DNA of 64,000 nt, taken from Gekko japonicus (taxonomy: Eukaryota). Position numbers and translations under genes: made by a program. Every line of letters starts with the position of its first letter. Position 1 is the first letter of the stretch. The stretch lies in assembly GCF_001447785.1 (NCBI RefSeq), contig NW_015171513.1:507853-571852 (forward strand), in the 5' to 3' direction. The notes under the pieces were generated by a model that was given only the letters and a program-made list of their open reading frames with translations, searched no databases and was not told the origin of the DNA. Shown here piece by piece: positions 1-11,050 of this stretch.

Positions 1-298
1 GACGCGAAAGAAAGAGGAGGACTGCAGCTACCAAATCTTAGACTATATTATGAAGCGGTCTGTCTAACCTGGATGGAACAATGGGTGAAGCTTGAGAATG
101 ATAAGTTATTGGGGTTGGGGGGTCATGACTGTAGGTTTGGTTGGCATGTGATGCGAAAGAAAGAGGAGGACTGCAGCTACCAAATCTTAGACTATATTAT
201 GAAGCGGTCTGTCTAACCTGGATGGAACAATGGGTGAAGCTTGAGAATGATAAGCTATTGGGGTTGGAGGGACATGACTGTAGGTTTGGTTGGCATGC
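1..298 (+). repeat. 149-bp tandem duplication inside L1 ORF2
   Basis: 1-149 matches 150-298 with about 4 substitutions. Confidence 0.95.
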
Positions 299-1343
299 AT
301 ATTTATGGTATGATAAGATAAAAATGGATAGCTTTTTTAAACTTCACTTGGTAAGAAAAGCATTGTTTGTGGTATGGACAAGATATAAAAAATATTTTAG
401 GGATGTAAGACCATTGTGGATTGTACCAGTAGAAGTATTAACATCGTACTCAAGACAGCGAGACAAGGATTGGTTGCCATACAGAGACTTAATTAAAAAA
501 GAGGGAACAGAATGGGTAATGAAAAAGCAGAATGAAATTCAGTATGAATATGAATGGTTGAAATATATGCAGATTTATGATCTCTTCAGATCGGATAAAA
601 AAAATTATGGTTCTGGAGAAGAAAAAAATGAAATGGAAAATATTTGGGGAAGTGGAGAGGGGGAAAAAATCTCTAAAATGTATAAACTGTTGTTGAAATG
701 GTATACTGAAGATGAAATTGTTAAAGAGCAAATGTTAAAGTGGGCAATAAATATGAATAGGGAAGTGACTATTGAAACTTGGGAATATTTGTGGAAAAAC
801 TCTATTAAGATATCGACTTGTACCAATGTCAGAGAGAACTGTTTTAAAATGATGTACAGGTGGTACATGACTCCGAAGAAAATTGCAAATATGAATCAGA
901 ATATGTCAAACAACTGTTGGAAATGTAAGAGTCATGAGGGCTCATTTTACCATATGTGGTGGACTTGTGAAAAAGCTGCAGACTTTTGGACAAAAGTCCA
1001 CAATGAAATGCAAAAAATATTGAAATGCTCTTTTAAAAAAGCACCCGAAATTCTGCTTTTGGGTCTTAAAATAGAAGAAGTGAACACGACTAAAAAGACT
1101 TTACTTTGGTACTTAATAACAACAGCGAGAATGTTGTATGCACAATTCTGGAAAACAGAGAAAGTACCAGAGATTGAAGATTGGATACAAAAAGTTCTGT
1201 TCATGGCTGAAATGGACAAAATCACAAAAAAGTTGAACGGCAAAGAAGACAACGTATTTTTTGAAGAATGGAATGACTTTAAAATTTATCTGGAAAAGAA
1301 CTGGGATGTGAAACAAAATTTAATATGTTTAGATCAATATTAG
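150..1343 (+). pseudogene. L1 ORF2 C-terminal coding remnant (zf-RVT-like)
   Basis: Open frame of about 397 codons. The TTG start at 141 is created by the duplication junction. Confidence 0.85.
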
Positions 1344-1554
1344 GCTAAATGATGTTATCTTAAAACTGTAACGATAAGAAAAATGATATAATCGATGATA
1401 TATAATAATGTGGAGGGTAAGGGGGAAGCATTGCGGGAAGTCACAGGAGGGAGGGGAGGAAATGGATATAGGTGAATAATGGAAAATTGGAAATGGTTAA
1501 CTGTAAAACGCTTATGGAAAATAATAAAAATTTGTTTACTAAAAAAAAGAAAAA

Positions 1555-1625
1555 TGTGCATGCACATGAAAGATCATACCTTGAATAAACCTTTTTTAGT
1601 CTTAAAGGTGCCACTGGACTCTAAA
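1555..1625 (+). mobile_element. PLE terminal repeat (pLTR) fragment with the 3' half of a hammerhead
   Basis: tgtgcatgcacatgaaag..atacc..aataaa..ggtgccactggactc, the same repeat as at 1980-2070 and 4560-4630. Confidence 0.8.
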
Positions 1626-2029
1626 TACATAGACAGTAACCTAAAAATGCCCTTTGGCTAATATGAGTTGCTGTGATGGACTATATAGTGAAAATTGTCT
1701 CTTTGGTATGTTGTCCATCTAAGCCATTTACAGTTTTATAGTTCAGAACTTTTGTCCTATTTCTAGAAGGTAATCAGAAGAATATTGCTGACAGCGGTGT
1801 ACTGGAAAATGATGGGGAATCCCAGTTTTCCTGGAGTGTACAGGAAATGGTTAGAGATTTCTTTCATACTTTAATAACCCATTTGTCTTCGTAGTTGGAT
1901 TCTAAGGTAGTACTGCCTGAAAATGTCAGTCAAGGAGATTGATTCAGATGGGTAGCCGTGTTGGTTTGAAGCAGTAGATCAAATTTTGAGTCCAGTGGCA
2001 CCTTTAAGACCAACAAAATTTTATTCATG

Positions 2030-2067
2030 GTATGAGCTTTCATGTGCATGCACACTTCCTCAGATAC
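2030..2067 (-). ncRNA. Minimal type-I hammerhead ribozyme motif (PLE)
   Basis: Minus strand reads GTAT-CTGAGGA-A-GTGTGC(AT)GCACAT-GAAA-GC-TC-ATAC. The core is intact; C11.1 has decayed to T. Confidence 0.75.
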
Positions 2068-2336
2068 ATTGAAATGGAAGTTATCAGTCCATACATATTG
2101 GTAGAGGGTGAACAGCAAATTAGCATATGACATAATGAAGACGTTTTAACAGATGCACAAGCCAAACAGGAATTAGCTGCCACATACACCCAGACAACAC
2201 AATCACTGGACCTAACAATATCAACTACACCATCTCGGGCTTATTCACATGCTCATCTTCTGACATTGTATATGCCATTAAATGCCAACAGTGCCCTTCG
2301 GTTCTCCACATAGGGCAAGCAGGTCAAACCCTATAC

Positions 2337-2414
2337 CCGCGGCAGGTCATAATGCGGACTTTCTCGCGAGAGGCCCTGCAGCACTACATCCCGGTCATCC
2401 AGGAGGCGGTGAGC
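2337..2414 (+). pseudogene. CYP26A1: Captured CYP26A1-like intron-end/exon fragment
   Basis: 2346-2414 translates to VIMRTFSREALQHYIPVIQEAVS, matching the vertebrate CYP26A1 segment VIMxAFSRxALxxYVPVIxEEV as I recall it. It is preceded by cag and is GC/CpG-rich, unlike the host element. Confidence 0.8.
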
Positions 2415-2552
2415 ACAAATCTGACATCAAGAATCACAAGACTGAGAGGCCTGTAGAACACTTCAACCTTCTAGGAAATTCAATGGGTGACCTCAAAGTA
2501 GCTGTTTTTATTGCAAAGGAACTTCAGGAACAGACTGGAAAGGGAAACTGCT

Positions 2553-3997
2553 GACCTATTCAAAGTCTTAAAAGATGATGCTATTAAAGTGCTGCACTCA
2601 ATTTGCCAGCAAATTTGGAAAACACAACACTGGCCACAGGATTGGAAAAGGTCAGTATACATTTCAATCCCAAAGAAGGCAATGCCAAAGAATGTTCAAA
2701 CTATTCCACAATTGCACTCATATCACACGCTAGCAAGGTCATGCTCAAGATCCTACAAGCTAGGCTTCAACAGTACGTGGATAGAGAACTGCCAGAAGTA
2801 CAAGCTGGGTTTCGAAGAGGTAGAGGAACTAGAGATCAAATTGCCAACATTCGCTGGATTATGGAGAAAGCAAGAGAGTACCAGAAAAACATCTACTTCT
2901 GCTTCATTGACTATGCTAAAGCCTTTGACTGTGTGGATCACAACAAACTATGGCAGGTCCTTAAAGAGATGGGAGTACCAGACCACCTCACATGTCTCTT
3001 GAGAAACCTGTATAAGGGCCAAGAAGCAACAGTTAGAACCGGATATGGAACAACTGATTGGTTCAGCATAGGAAAAGGAGTACAACAAGGATGTATATTG
3101 TCACCTTGCTTATTTAATATATATGCAGAGTACATCATGCGAAATGCTGGCCTGGATGAATCACAAGCGGGAATTAAGATTGCTGGGGAAAAGATCAACA
3201 ACCTCAGATATGCAGACGATACCACTCTAATGGCAGAAAGTGAAGAGGACCTAAAGAGCCTCTTGCTCAGGGTAAAAGAGGAGAGCGCAAAAGTGGGCTT
3301 GAAGCTCAACATCAAAAAAACTAAGATCATGGCATCCGGCCCCATCACTCCTTGGCAAATAGAAGGGGAAGCTGTGGAAGTAGTGACAGACTTCACGTTC
3401 CTGGGATCCCAGATCACCGCAGACTGTGACTGCAGCCATGAAATTAAAAGACGCCTGCTCCTTGGGAGGAAAGCGATGGCGAACCTAAACAGCATGATAA
3501 AAAGTAGAGACATCACCCTGCCAACAAAAGTCCGCATGGTCAAAGCAATGGTATTCCCAGTAGTCATGTATGGCTGCGAGAGTTGGACTATAAGGAAGGC
3601 CGAGCGCCGAAGAATAGATTCTTTTGAACTATGGTGCTGGAGAAGACTCTTGAGAGTCCCTTGGACTGCAAGAAGAACAAATCAGTCAATCCTCAAAGAA
3701 ATCAACCCTGACTGTTCCCTGGAAGGCCAGATAATGAAACTGAAGCTCAAATACTTTGGCCACCAAATGAGAAGGGAGCACTCACTGGAGAAGACCCTGA
3801 TGCTGGGAAAGATTGAAGGTCAAAGAAGACGGGGACGGCAAAGGATGAGATGGTTGGACAGTGTCATCGATGCAACGAACATGAAACTGAGCAAACTTCA
3901 GAGGACAGCGGAAGACAGGAGGGCCTGGCGGGAGTTGGTCCATGGGGTCGCGAAGAGTCGGACTCGACTGTGCGACTGAACAACAACAACAACAACA
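2553..3997 (+). mobile_element. BovB (RTE-clade) LINE, 5'-truncated, nested in the PLE
   Basis: RT motifs QAGFRRGRGTRDQI, FIDYAKAFD, QGCILSP, LRYADD; typical BovB C-terminus; (CAA)n tail at about 3980-3997. Confidence 0.97.
2603..3979 (+). CDS. BovB reverse transcriptase domain and C-terminus (no endonuclease)
   Basis: Open for about 435 codons after a frameshift near 2675; the upstream BovB frame is the 2511 ORF. Confidence 0.85.
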   Translation: MPANLENTTLATGLEKVSIHFNPKEGNAKECSNYSTIALISHASKVMLKILQARLQQYVDRELPEVQAGFRRGRGTRDQIANIRWIMEKAREYQKNIYFCFIDYAKAFDCVDHNKLWQVLKEMGVPDHLTCLLRNLYKGQEATVRTGYGTTDWFSIGKGVQQGCILSPCLFNIYAEYIMRNAGLDESQAGIKIAGEKINNLRYADDTTLMAESEEDLKSLLLRVKEESAKVGLKLNIKKTKIMASGPITPWQIEGEAVEVVTDFTFLGSQITADCDCSHEIKRRLLLGRKAMANLNSMIKSRDITLPTKVRMVKAMVFPVVMYGCESWTIRKAERRRIDSFELWCWRRLLRVPWTARRTNQSILKEINPDCSLEGQIMKLKLKYFGHQMRREHSLEKTLMLGKIEGQRRRGRQRMRWLDSVIDATNMKLSKLQRTAEDRRAWRELVHGVAKSRTRLCD

Positions 3998-4822
3998 CCC
4001 GAAGCAACCCTCCCAAGATTTAACAGTCATATTGGTTTCTTGTCTTACTACATCCAGTCCTTACATCTGTATTTTCACAGAGAAGGGCTATACATCTTCT
4101 TTATTTTAGTGTTATTTATTGGAATAATGATTGTAATGTAATGCAGTGAATATTAGAATGTAATGTCATTTAGAATGGTAGATAGAAATGTATTTCTCTG
4201 GTCTGGTGACAGAGGAGACATAAAACTGCAGCTCAAAGAATAGGATGTTGTTACCTCCATGTTTGAGAGGAGATGGATGGAGCGTAACAACAGGGTCTCA
4301 ATTGATTAATCTTAGCATCCCACAATTAAGTAGGATACATTTACACATCAGTCTCCAATTTCTGACATATTTATTTGCTTCACTGTTTCCCCCCTCCCCT
4401 TTGGAATTAAATCCTAACAAATGGTGACTATGTAAACTTAGCTTGTTATTCCTATTTGGTTTGCACATCTTTTAAAACATCTTCATTATGTTGTATGCTA
4501 ATTTGCTGTTCACCCTCTACCAATATGTATGGACTGATAACTTTCATTTCAATGTATCTAGTATGCATGCACATGAAAGCTCATAGCTTGAATAAAACTG
4601 TGTTGGTCTTGAAGATGCCACTGGACTCAAATTTAGTCAAGGAGATTGGTTAAGGTAGGGTTACCAGATGTCCTCTTTTTAGAGGACATATCCTCTTTCT
4701 TTGGTGTCCGTGTTTTTTTTTGTGTGGGGGGCCCCTCTTTTTTAAAAAAACCTGATGAAAATGTTGTATTTAGGTTGGAAGATTAGGAATATTCCTGGTT
4801 AGTAACAATTACCAGAGTTTAA

Positions 4823-5103
4823 AGCCAGTTTGGTGTAGTGGTTAAGTGTGCGGACTCTAATCTGGAAGAACCGGGTTTGATTCCCCACTCCTCCACTTGC
4901 ACCTGCTGATGTGACCTTGGGTCAGTCACAAGCTCTGGCACAGCTGTCCTTGAAAAAGTGCAGTTTGTGTCAGAGTTCTCTCGACCCCACCCACCTCACA
5001 GGGGGTCTGTTGTGGGGAGGGGAAGGGAAAGGGGTTTGTAAACCGCTCTGAGACTCCAAGTGAAGGGCGGGGTATAATTCCAATCTCTTCTTCTTCTTCT
5101 TCT
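4823..5103 (+). mobile_element. Squam3-type SINE, full length
   Basis: tRNA-like head with A box (TGGTGTAGTGG) and B box (GGTTTGATTCC), body, and (TTC)n tail. Confidence 0.9.
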
Positions 5104-5117
5104 AAATGTTGCTGGAA

Positions 5118-5300
5118 AGCCAGCATGAGAGTAGTGGTTAAATATGGACTAGGATATGGGAAATGCCAAGACATACTGCCATGAAGCTAACAGGATGAAC
5201 TTGGACCAGTTACTCTGTGTAACCATCTTCAATGCTGTGAAAATAAAATGGAGGAGGGAAGAATGAGGTATACTGTGGGATGAAAATGATGGGATGAAAA
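5118..5300 (+). mobile_element. Old MIR/Ther1-like SINE
   Basis: Degenerate tRNA head and core. Confidence 0.6.
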
Positions 5301-8037
5301 CATTCTGCTGCACAAAGCACCCCCGATTTTGGTATCTACTTATTTCGTAGCAAGACTATTTAGAAATAAAATAAATGAGCCATATAAAATATATGCATTA
5401 ATAGTCAAAACTGTTTACAGTTTATCAGAGTTAGTTAATTGTTACCTTATTGAAATTTTTAAAGATCAAAGTGGAAATAACTGGTGAGCTGTACGAAGTG
5501 TCACCATTAAGACACTATCTGGAAATTCACAATAGATAAAAAATGACAGAATTTTGCCTATCATCTAGTTTAAGCAGGAAAGAAACATCAAAAGGGTGAT
5601 AGTATCTGATAGGTGTTAGAAGCTGGAATTTCCATTCCCTTTGAAGTTCTATTCGTATATATAATAATGAGATGTTGGGTTTTCCTTCTAGCATGGCCAA
5701 GATTTATGAAATCGAATGTAACTTTTCCGTAGCATCATATGTATTATGCATCCTGCTCCTCTGATAAACACTGGAATACATCCTTTAACTTTTTAAAAAA
5801 AATTATCAACCTCATTGCAAATGCAAAACATTATTTGGAGTATATATTACTCATAAATAATCTTGTGCATGCACAATACCTCTGGTAGAACTTTAGAAGC
5901 TACGTTGCTGAAGCTTCAGGGAATGATTATCTATTCTTAATGCCTTCCTGAGAGAATTGTTTGTTTTAGTTTCACTCAGCTGAATTCCATGTAACTAGAT
6001 ACTTGTCAAACTTTTCACATATTATTTTGCAGATGGTAGGGTTGCACAGTTGTGACGGACCTAATTTAGTTTGTAGAACATTTAACTACTGAAGGTGAAT
6101 GCAACTAATTTGCCTATTAGACATCAGACTGATATTATAAACATATTGTGACATATAACATTTTAGTTACTAAAATAGCTAGGGATCTGAGAATTCCCAC
6201 TATAAAGCTACAATAGTCTGTATAATTTAAGTTTCTAAACTCTGAAGCCGGTCAAAACAATCAGTTAATATTCTGTGGATTGCTTGTAGAGGGAGGATGC
6301 ACAACCCATGCCATTAAGTGGAATTTTGGACACTACAGAACCCACAGAAACATGATTAAAATGTACTTTGTACTCCCAGCTACTGTAGCATTACTATCTA
6401 AAGAGGAACTTGACTTTCAAATATAGCTTGGGAATTTGGACAGCTTTCCTGCGCATTGCAAGCATCAACACAACACAACAAGCAATATATGGTACATGGC
6501 TGCAAGTAATGTCTGAAGCTGTTGTAACTCAATGCCGGATATTGATTAAATTACAACAGCTTCAGACATCACTTGCAGCCATGTACCGTATCTATAGATC
6601 AGTGTCTGCCCATCCGTCGTCTGTCTGTCTGTCTGTCTATCTGGTGATAGTGATGGACTCTCGCTCTCTGTTGACACGTATCTTCCATGTTTGTATCAGG
6701 TCACAGAATGATGTGGTGATAAACTGAGATTTCAGTATGGTCGGTTTGAGCATAATGGTCTGTATCCTACCACAGTTTAAAACTTGAGGGCACTTTTTAT
6801 TAAGACGAGAGTCAAGCTTAGTAGGTCACCGTGGAGAGAAGAATTGCCAGAGATCACCCTTCCTTCTTAGAAAAGGGCACTTCACTTTTCTTAACTGCAT
6901 TCAAACCAGTGATCGATTCAGCTCTTGCACTTCTTCATCTTCTTTCTTCTCTTTGTCATGTTGCCCCATGCTTTCATGCTTCTCTCCCCCAGCAAACTAC
7001 TTTTTGCCATTACATCCAATTACATGTTTTTGTTTTTCCCCACCATTACTTTATTATGTAGTAAGCTCTCCTGGCTACCTTTAACATTACTTTGATGACT
7101 CGAAGGTTGATGACTTACAAGGTTTATTTTCAACGTTGGTGAATGAATGGTAGAATAACCTCTCCAACTTTAAGAAGTATTTTTGATAGTAACAATTGAC
7201 TAACAACTACCATAGGATTTTGCAAGTCCCTAACAGCAAAATATATGATAAGCCAAAGTCCTCTTTCTGCCCCACTTCAAGAATGTCATTAGCTAGTGCT
7301 TGTTTTCAGTCCAGGGCCCCTAGACTAGTATCTCCCAACCTGTGAACATAAGCCCAAAAGTAGGTCGTGAAGCCTGTGAGAGTAGAAACCTAGTTTTTGC
7401 AGGTTTATTGAATTGTGTAGGCTCAGGGTTTGTTTTTTTTAAGTGGGTCTGCAAACCAAGAAAATTTGGATTTGTGATTCAAGATACCAAAAATGTTGGT
7501 AGTACTTTATGTAGACGTGTCTGTGAATCTCCTGCTTCTGTATTTACTCCAATAACCTACACATACACACACCCGGACATCTTCATAAGGTCCAGAGTGA
7601 TCAATTAATGTGTCTGGTAATGTTTGAGTAGTGTAATGAATTACACTATTGAAAACTGTAAATAGTTCTACATGGTAATAATAAAATAAAATACAGAGGA
7701 AGCAGAAATAGCTTGAAACCACAAGGCCCAATTAGCTTTGGTCTTGCACAGAAGTACATTTGGATCTTAAGATATGTACTGTTTCTTGCCTGATAACAGT
7801 GGTGGCAAGAATAACTCGTTATGTTTGTATAAAGTCAGTGAAACAAATCTCTTCTTAGGCATTTTCAAGACATTAACGTCACTAGTAACATTTATGATAG
7901 CAAGGTTAATCTTCCAAACAATTTATTAGACTTCTAATTTTGTGTGACAGTTCAACTTTTCTGTATGTTGTTTTTGGTGTCCTAATGAAAGATAGTAAAT
8001 TATTGGGTAGTTAATTGTTCTTTATATTACTTTCAGT

Positions 8038-8690
8038 ATGTTTATTGTAGTCAAAGACTATAATACAGCGAATAGAGTTAATGTAACAGCTATCAGAATA
8101 AAATAATATATCTTATGGCAGGGTATGTTATAAAACACTAAAACATTAAAATATTTACAAATTCCAATGCAATTCAGATAAAATCAAATCCAGCCCATTA
8201 ATTATAGTCCCTCCCCTTTCTCCTAATACAATACACTAACCAACCAGATTTAGCCACCATACGAGTTATATTCGGATTTTTATCTGCCAACATAATTGAG
8301 AGAAGTCCCCCTACCACACTCTGGATATGGCTTTATAATGGGATCTATAAATATCTCTCTATTGTGCTGGTATAATCTACAGTCAAAAACACATGTTTCA
8401 GAGTTCCTTCTCCTTTTCCACAAACACATTCTCTTTGTGTGGTTTTATTATATCTGGCTTCTAAAATGGCAGAGGGCAAAGCATTATATCTTAAAATTGC
8501 AAAAATTCTTCTATGTTTGGCGTTCTCTAAAGTTTTGACATATGGTCCCAACACTAGCTTATATTGTCTTTATTTTCTTGAGAAAGGACACTCTTCCTCT
8601 TTTCATACTTACCAGTTAGATCTGAATAATAAAGACTTGACCCACTTCTAAATAGTTAGTGGAGAGCTTCTTGTAATAAAATACCAGAAA
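8038..8690 (-). mobile_element. RTE-X-like LINE 3' fragment
   Basis: Minus ORF RRIFAILRYNALPSAILEARY..RECVCGKGEGTLKHVF; 3' end gtctttgactacaataaac. Confidence 0.7.
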
Positions 8691-8719
8691 CAACCTCAGC
8701 CCACAGGTCAAAGCCCCCC

Positions 8720-8950
8720 CCCCCATCCTGTCCTTGGCACTGTTCATTACCTTTTTCCAGCGCCTTGCTGTCCTGGATATTGCTTGGCACTGGAATTTCT
8801 TGGGGTAATTACTCTATGAGGCGTGGGTTTTGGTTTTATCTGCTATTGCTATTTATTGTTTTCATTGTTTGTTGGTTTTATGTTGTGAGCCTCCCTGAGC
8901 CCATTTTTGGGGTAGGGTGGGGTATAAATGTAATAAATAAAATTAAATTT
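8720..8950 (+). mobile_element. L2-type 3' tail
   Basis: tgtgagcctccctgagccc..gggtggggtataaat..aataaa. Confidence 0.55.
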
Positions 8951-9044
8951 TAAAAACTTGATAGATCTTCAGAAAGTGGTCATGTTCTATTTTTGCAGTT
9001 AAATAATGTGCTGTAAGTTGTAGTGAACCTATGGAAAATATGTA

Positions 9045-10410
9045 CTACAAGGGGGACATCTACAAGGACTTGGGAGGAAATGTTGTTTTCCCTTCCCCCA
9101 CCATTTCCTCTTTCCCTTTGCTCAAAGCCCCTGTAGGCTCTCCCCCTTTCCTTCTTCCTTCTCACCTTCCCAACTCCCAGCCAACATATCTTTATCTCCT
9201 CTCCCATCTTCAGCTTTCTCTCTTCCTCTCTCTTTCCCAGCAGCCTCTCCCTGGGAAAACTCTGTATGGTTTCAGTTGCTGGGCAGGGTAGTCCCAGGTA
9301 TTTGTCACTGGCCAATGGAACAGGCCCAGTTGTATAGTGGGGGACCTGGAAGGACATGTGTGGGGCATCATACTGCCCCCTTCCCACAATATTTCCTCTT
9401 TTCCTGGCAGCTCCCATATCCTCACATCTCCATGATTCCTTCTCTTCTTCCTACTAACCAACTAACCTTTGTTTTATCTGTCCCCATCTCTGGGGGCATA
9501 TATTATTTATTTATTTATGTTTAGTACAATTTTACTCCACCTTTCTCCCCCATGGGAATCCAAAGAGGCTTACATTGTTCTCCTCTCCTCCATTTCGTCC
9601 TCACGACAACCCTGTAAGGTATGTTATGCTGAGAGTTTTTTAACACACCGAAGGTCACCCACCAAATTTCCATGGCAGGGTTGGGATTTGAACCTGGGTT
9701 TCCCAGATCATAGTCTAACACTTTAACCACTATGCCACACATTTTCTCCTTTCTCCACTATGTGGACCCAAAGAAGCGTACATCATTTCCCCATTTTATC
9801 CTCACAACAGCCTTGTGACATAAGTTAGACTGGGACTGCTTGACTGGCCCAGTGAGCTTCTCCAGCAGAGTTGCAAACCTGGGTGTCCCAGCTTTCAGTT
9901 TGAAACTGTAACCACTACACTGTGCTGGCTTTCCCAGAGTGGATGCTTTTCAACAGTAGCAAGCAGCCAGTCCTGGGTGAGTCATGCAGGTTGCGTCATA
10001 GCAAGTAGCCCATTGGTCCTCCATCAAATGCCAAAACAGTCTTGGAAAGGGCATTGCCCCTTTCCCTGTCTTTTTACTTACAGAAATCAAATGTTGAAGA
10101 CTGGCAATACTGTAGTTGACTAACAACAAACAATGAGGGAATTCAGTTCTTAAAGCAAAAGGTGCTGCTTTTATGATTTTGTGTTTTTTTAAAACTCCCT
10201 AATGTGTTTGATTTAAAAGATTTTTGATTTTTCTGCAAGCCTGGATTGTTTTTTAGATTTGTAGAAATACCTATCTTGTTGGTTTATGGCTCCAATCTCC
10301 AGATTGAGGTATCCACAGATTTGGATATATTGTGAATTAGATATATTGGTTTTTTTAAAAAGTCCATAATAGCGGTTAAGATTCTGTTTGCTTTTGGGTT
10401 CATTTTATTT
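9045..10410. repeat. Composite interspersed repeat (internal dimer, MIR-like SINE, unique tail)
   Basis: Colinear similarity to 49310-49920 and 55015-55695. Confidence 0.75.
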
Positions 10411-10552
10411 GCAAAGGATAAAGGTGATGATGATGATGATGATGATGAAATTCTGTTTTTTATAGTGAAAAATATCCTCAAAGCACAGAACTGTATTTGT
10501 TCTTGTTGCAAAAATTCTTCAGTTGCATTTTGAAATTTATTCAGGTGGGTAG

Positions 10553-11050
10553 TCACAATCTGCTGAATGGACCTTGCTTGTTCTCATGGGTATTGACTGT
10601 GTATAGATGCCTTTAATTGCTGTTGCCAACTCGCACTTGTGTATTCCCGCTTGGCTATTTGCTTTAGTGCAGCCCTTAAGCAGCCAGTTCTCCCTGACAT
10701 TCCTGAGGGGTGGGGAGTGTGTGAATGTGTGAAAGGAGTTATAGTTAAGGCACCTCATGTATCATTCCTAAGCAGCCCCATAGAGTTCACAGGCCCCAGC
10801 TGGAGCTGTGGCCTTGGGAGACACACTAAGAGATATCGCTAGCCAGGTCGTATATTCTCTCATGACCTGTAGTTGCCTTAGTGGGTGCTTGTGACGTGTG
10901 CATGAGGGGTGGACCCCATACCCTAAAATCTATCCCAATGCTTTTGCCCGCCAGTTCTGGCAAAGGTGTTCACCTGACCAGAAGCCATACTTTACCAATA
11001 AATCTGTTAAAGGACTATTGTGTACTGAGTGGTTACTACAGAACCTGACA
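10553..11050 (+). mobile_element. Solo LTR (Gypsy-like) inserted in a PLE tail
   Basis: AATAAA near 10997; ends ..gaacctgACA; splits the PLE motif ttcaggtgggtag|gtgttggtctgaagc. Confidence 0.6.

Larger units (their letters stand above)
1..1554 (+). mobile_element. L1-clade LINE, 3' part (ORF2 C-terminus, 3'UTR, poly-A)
   Basis: ORF 141..1343 has the post-RT motif RGGLQLPNLRLYY and a C-terminal CCHC knuckle (CWKC..EGSFYHMWWTC). AATAAA at 1523 and an A-tail at 1541-1554 follow. The element runs off the left edge. Confidence 0.9.
1942..4634 (+). mobile_element. Penelope-like element (Neptune-type GIY-YIG remnant) with inverted pLTRs and a 14-bp TSD
   Basis: About 1980-2175 is the reverse complement of about 4445-4634. 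The TSD AGTCAAGGAGATTG is at 1928-1941 and 4635-4648. 2176-2553 encodes FTCSSSDIVYAIKCQQC..HIGQAG..EHFN..RETAE-like GIY-YIG motifs. Confidence 0.9.

Noticed and set aside
2938-3567. 209-aa antisense ORF
   Set aside because: It is the shadow frame of the BovB RT.
4823-4900. tRNA gene
   Set aside because: It is a tRNA-derived SINE head followed by the SINE body and tail.
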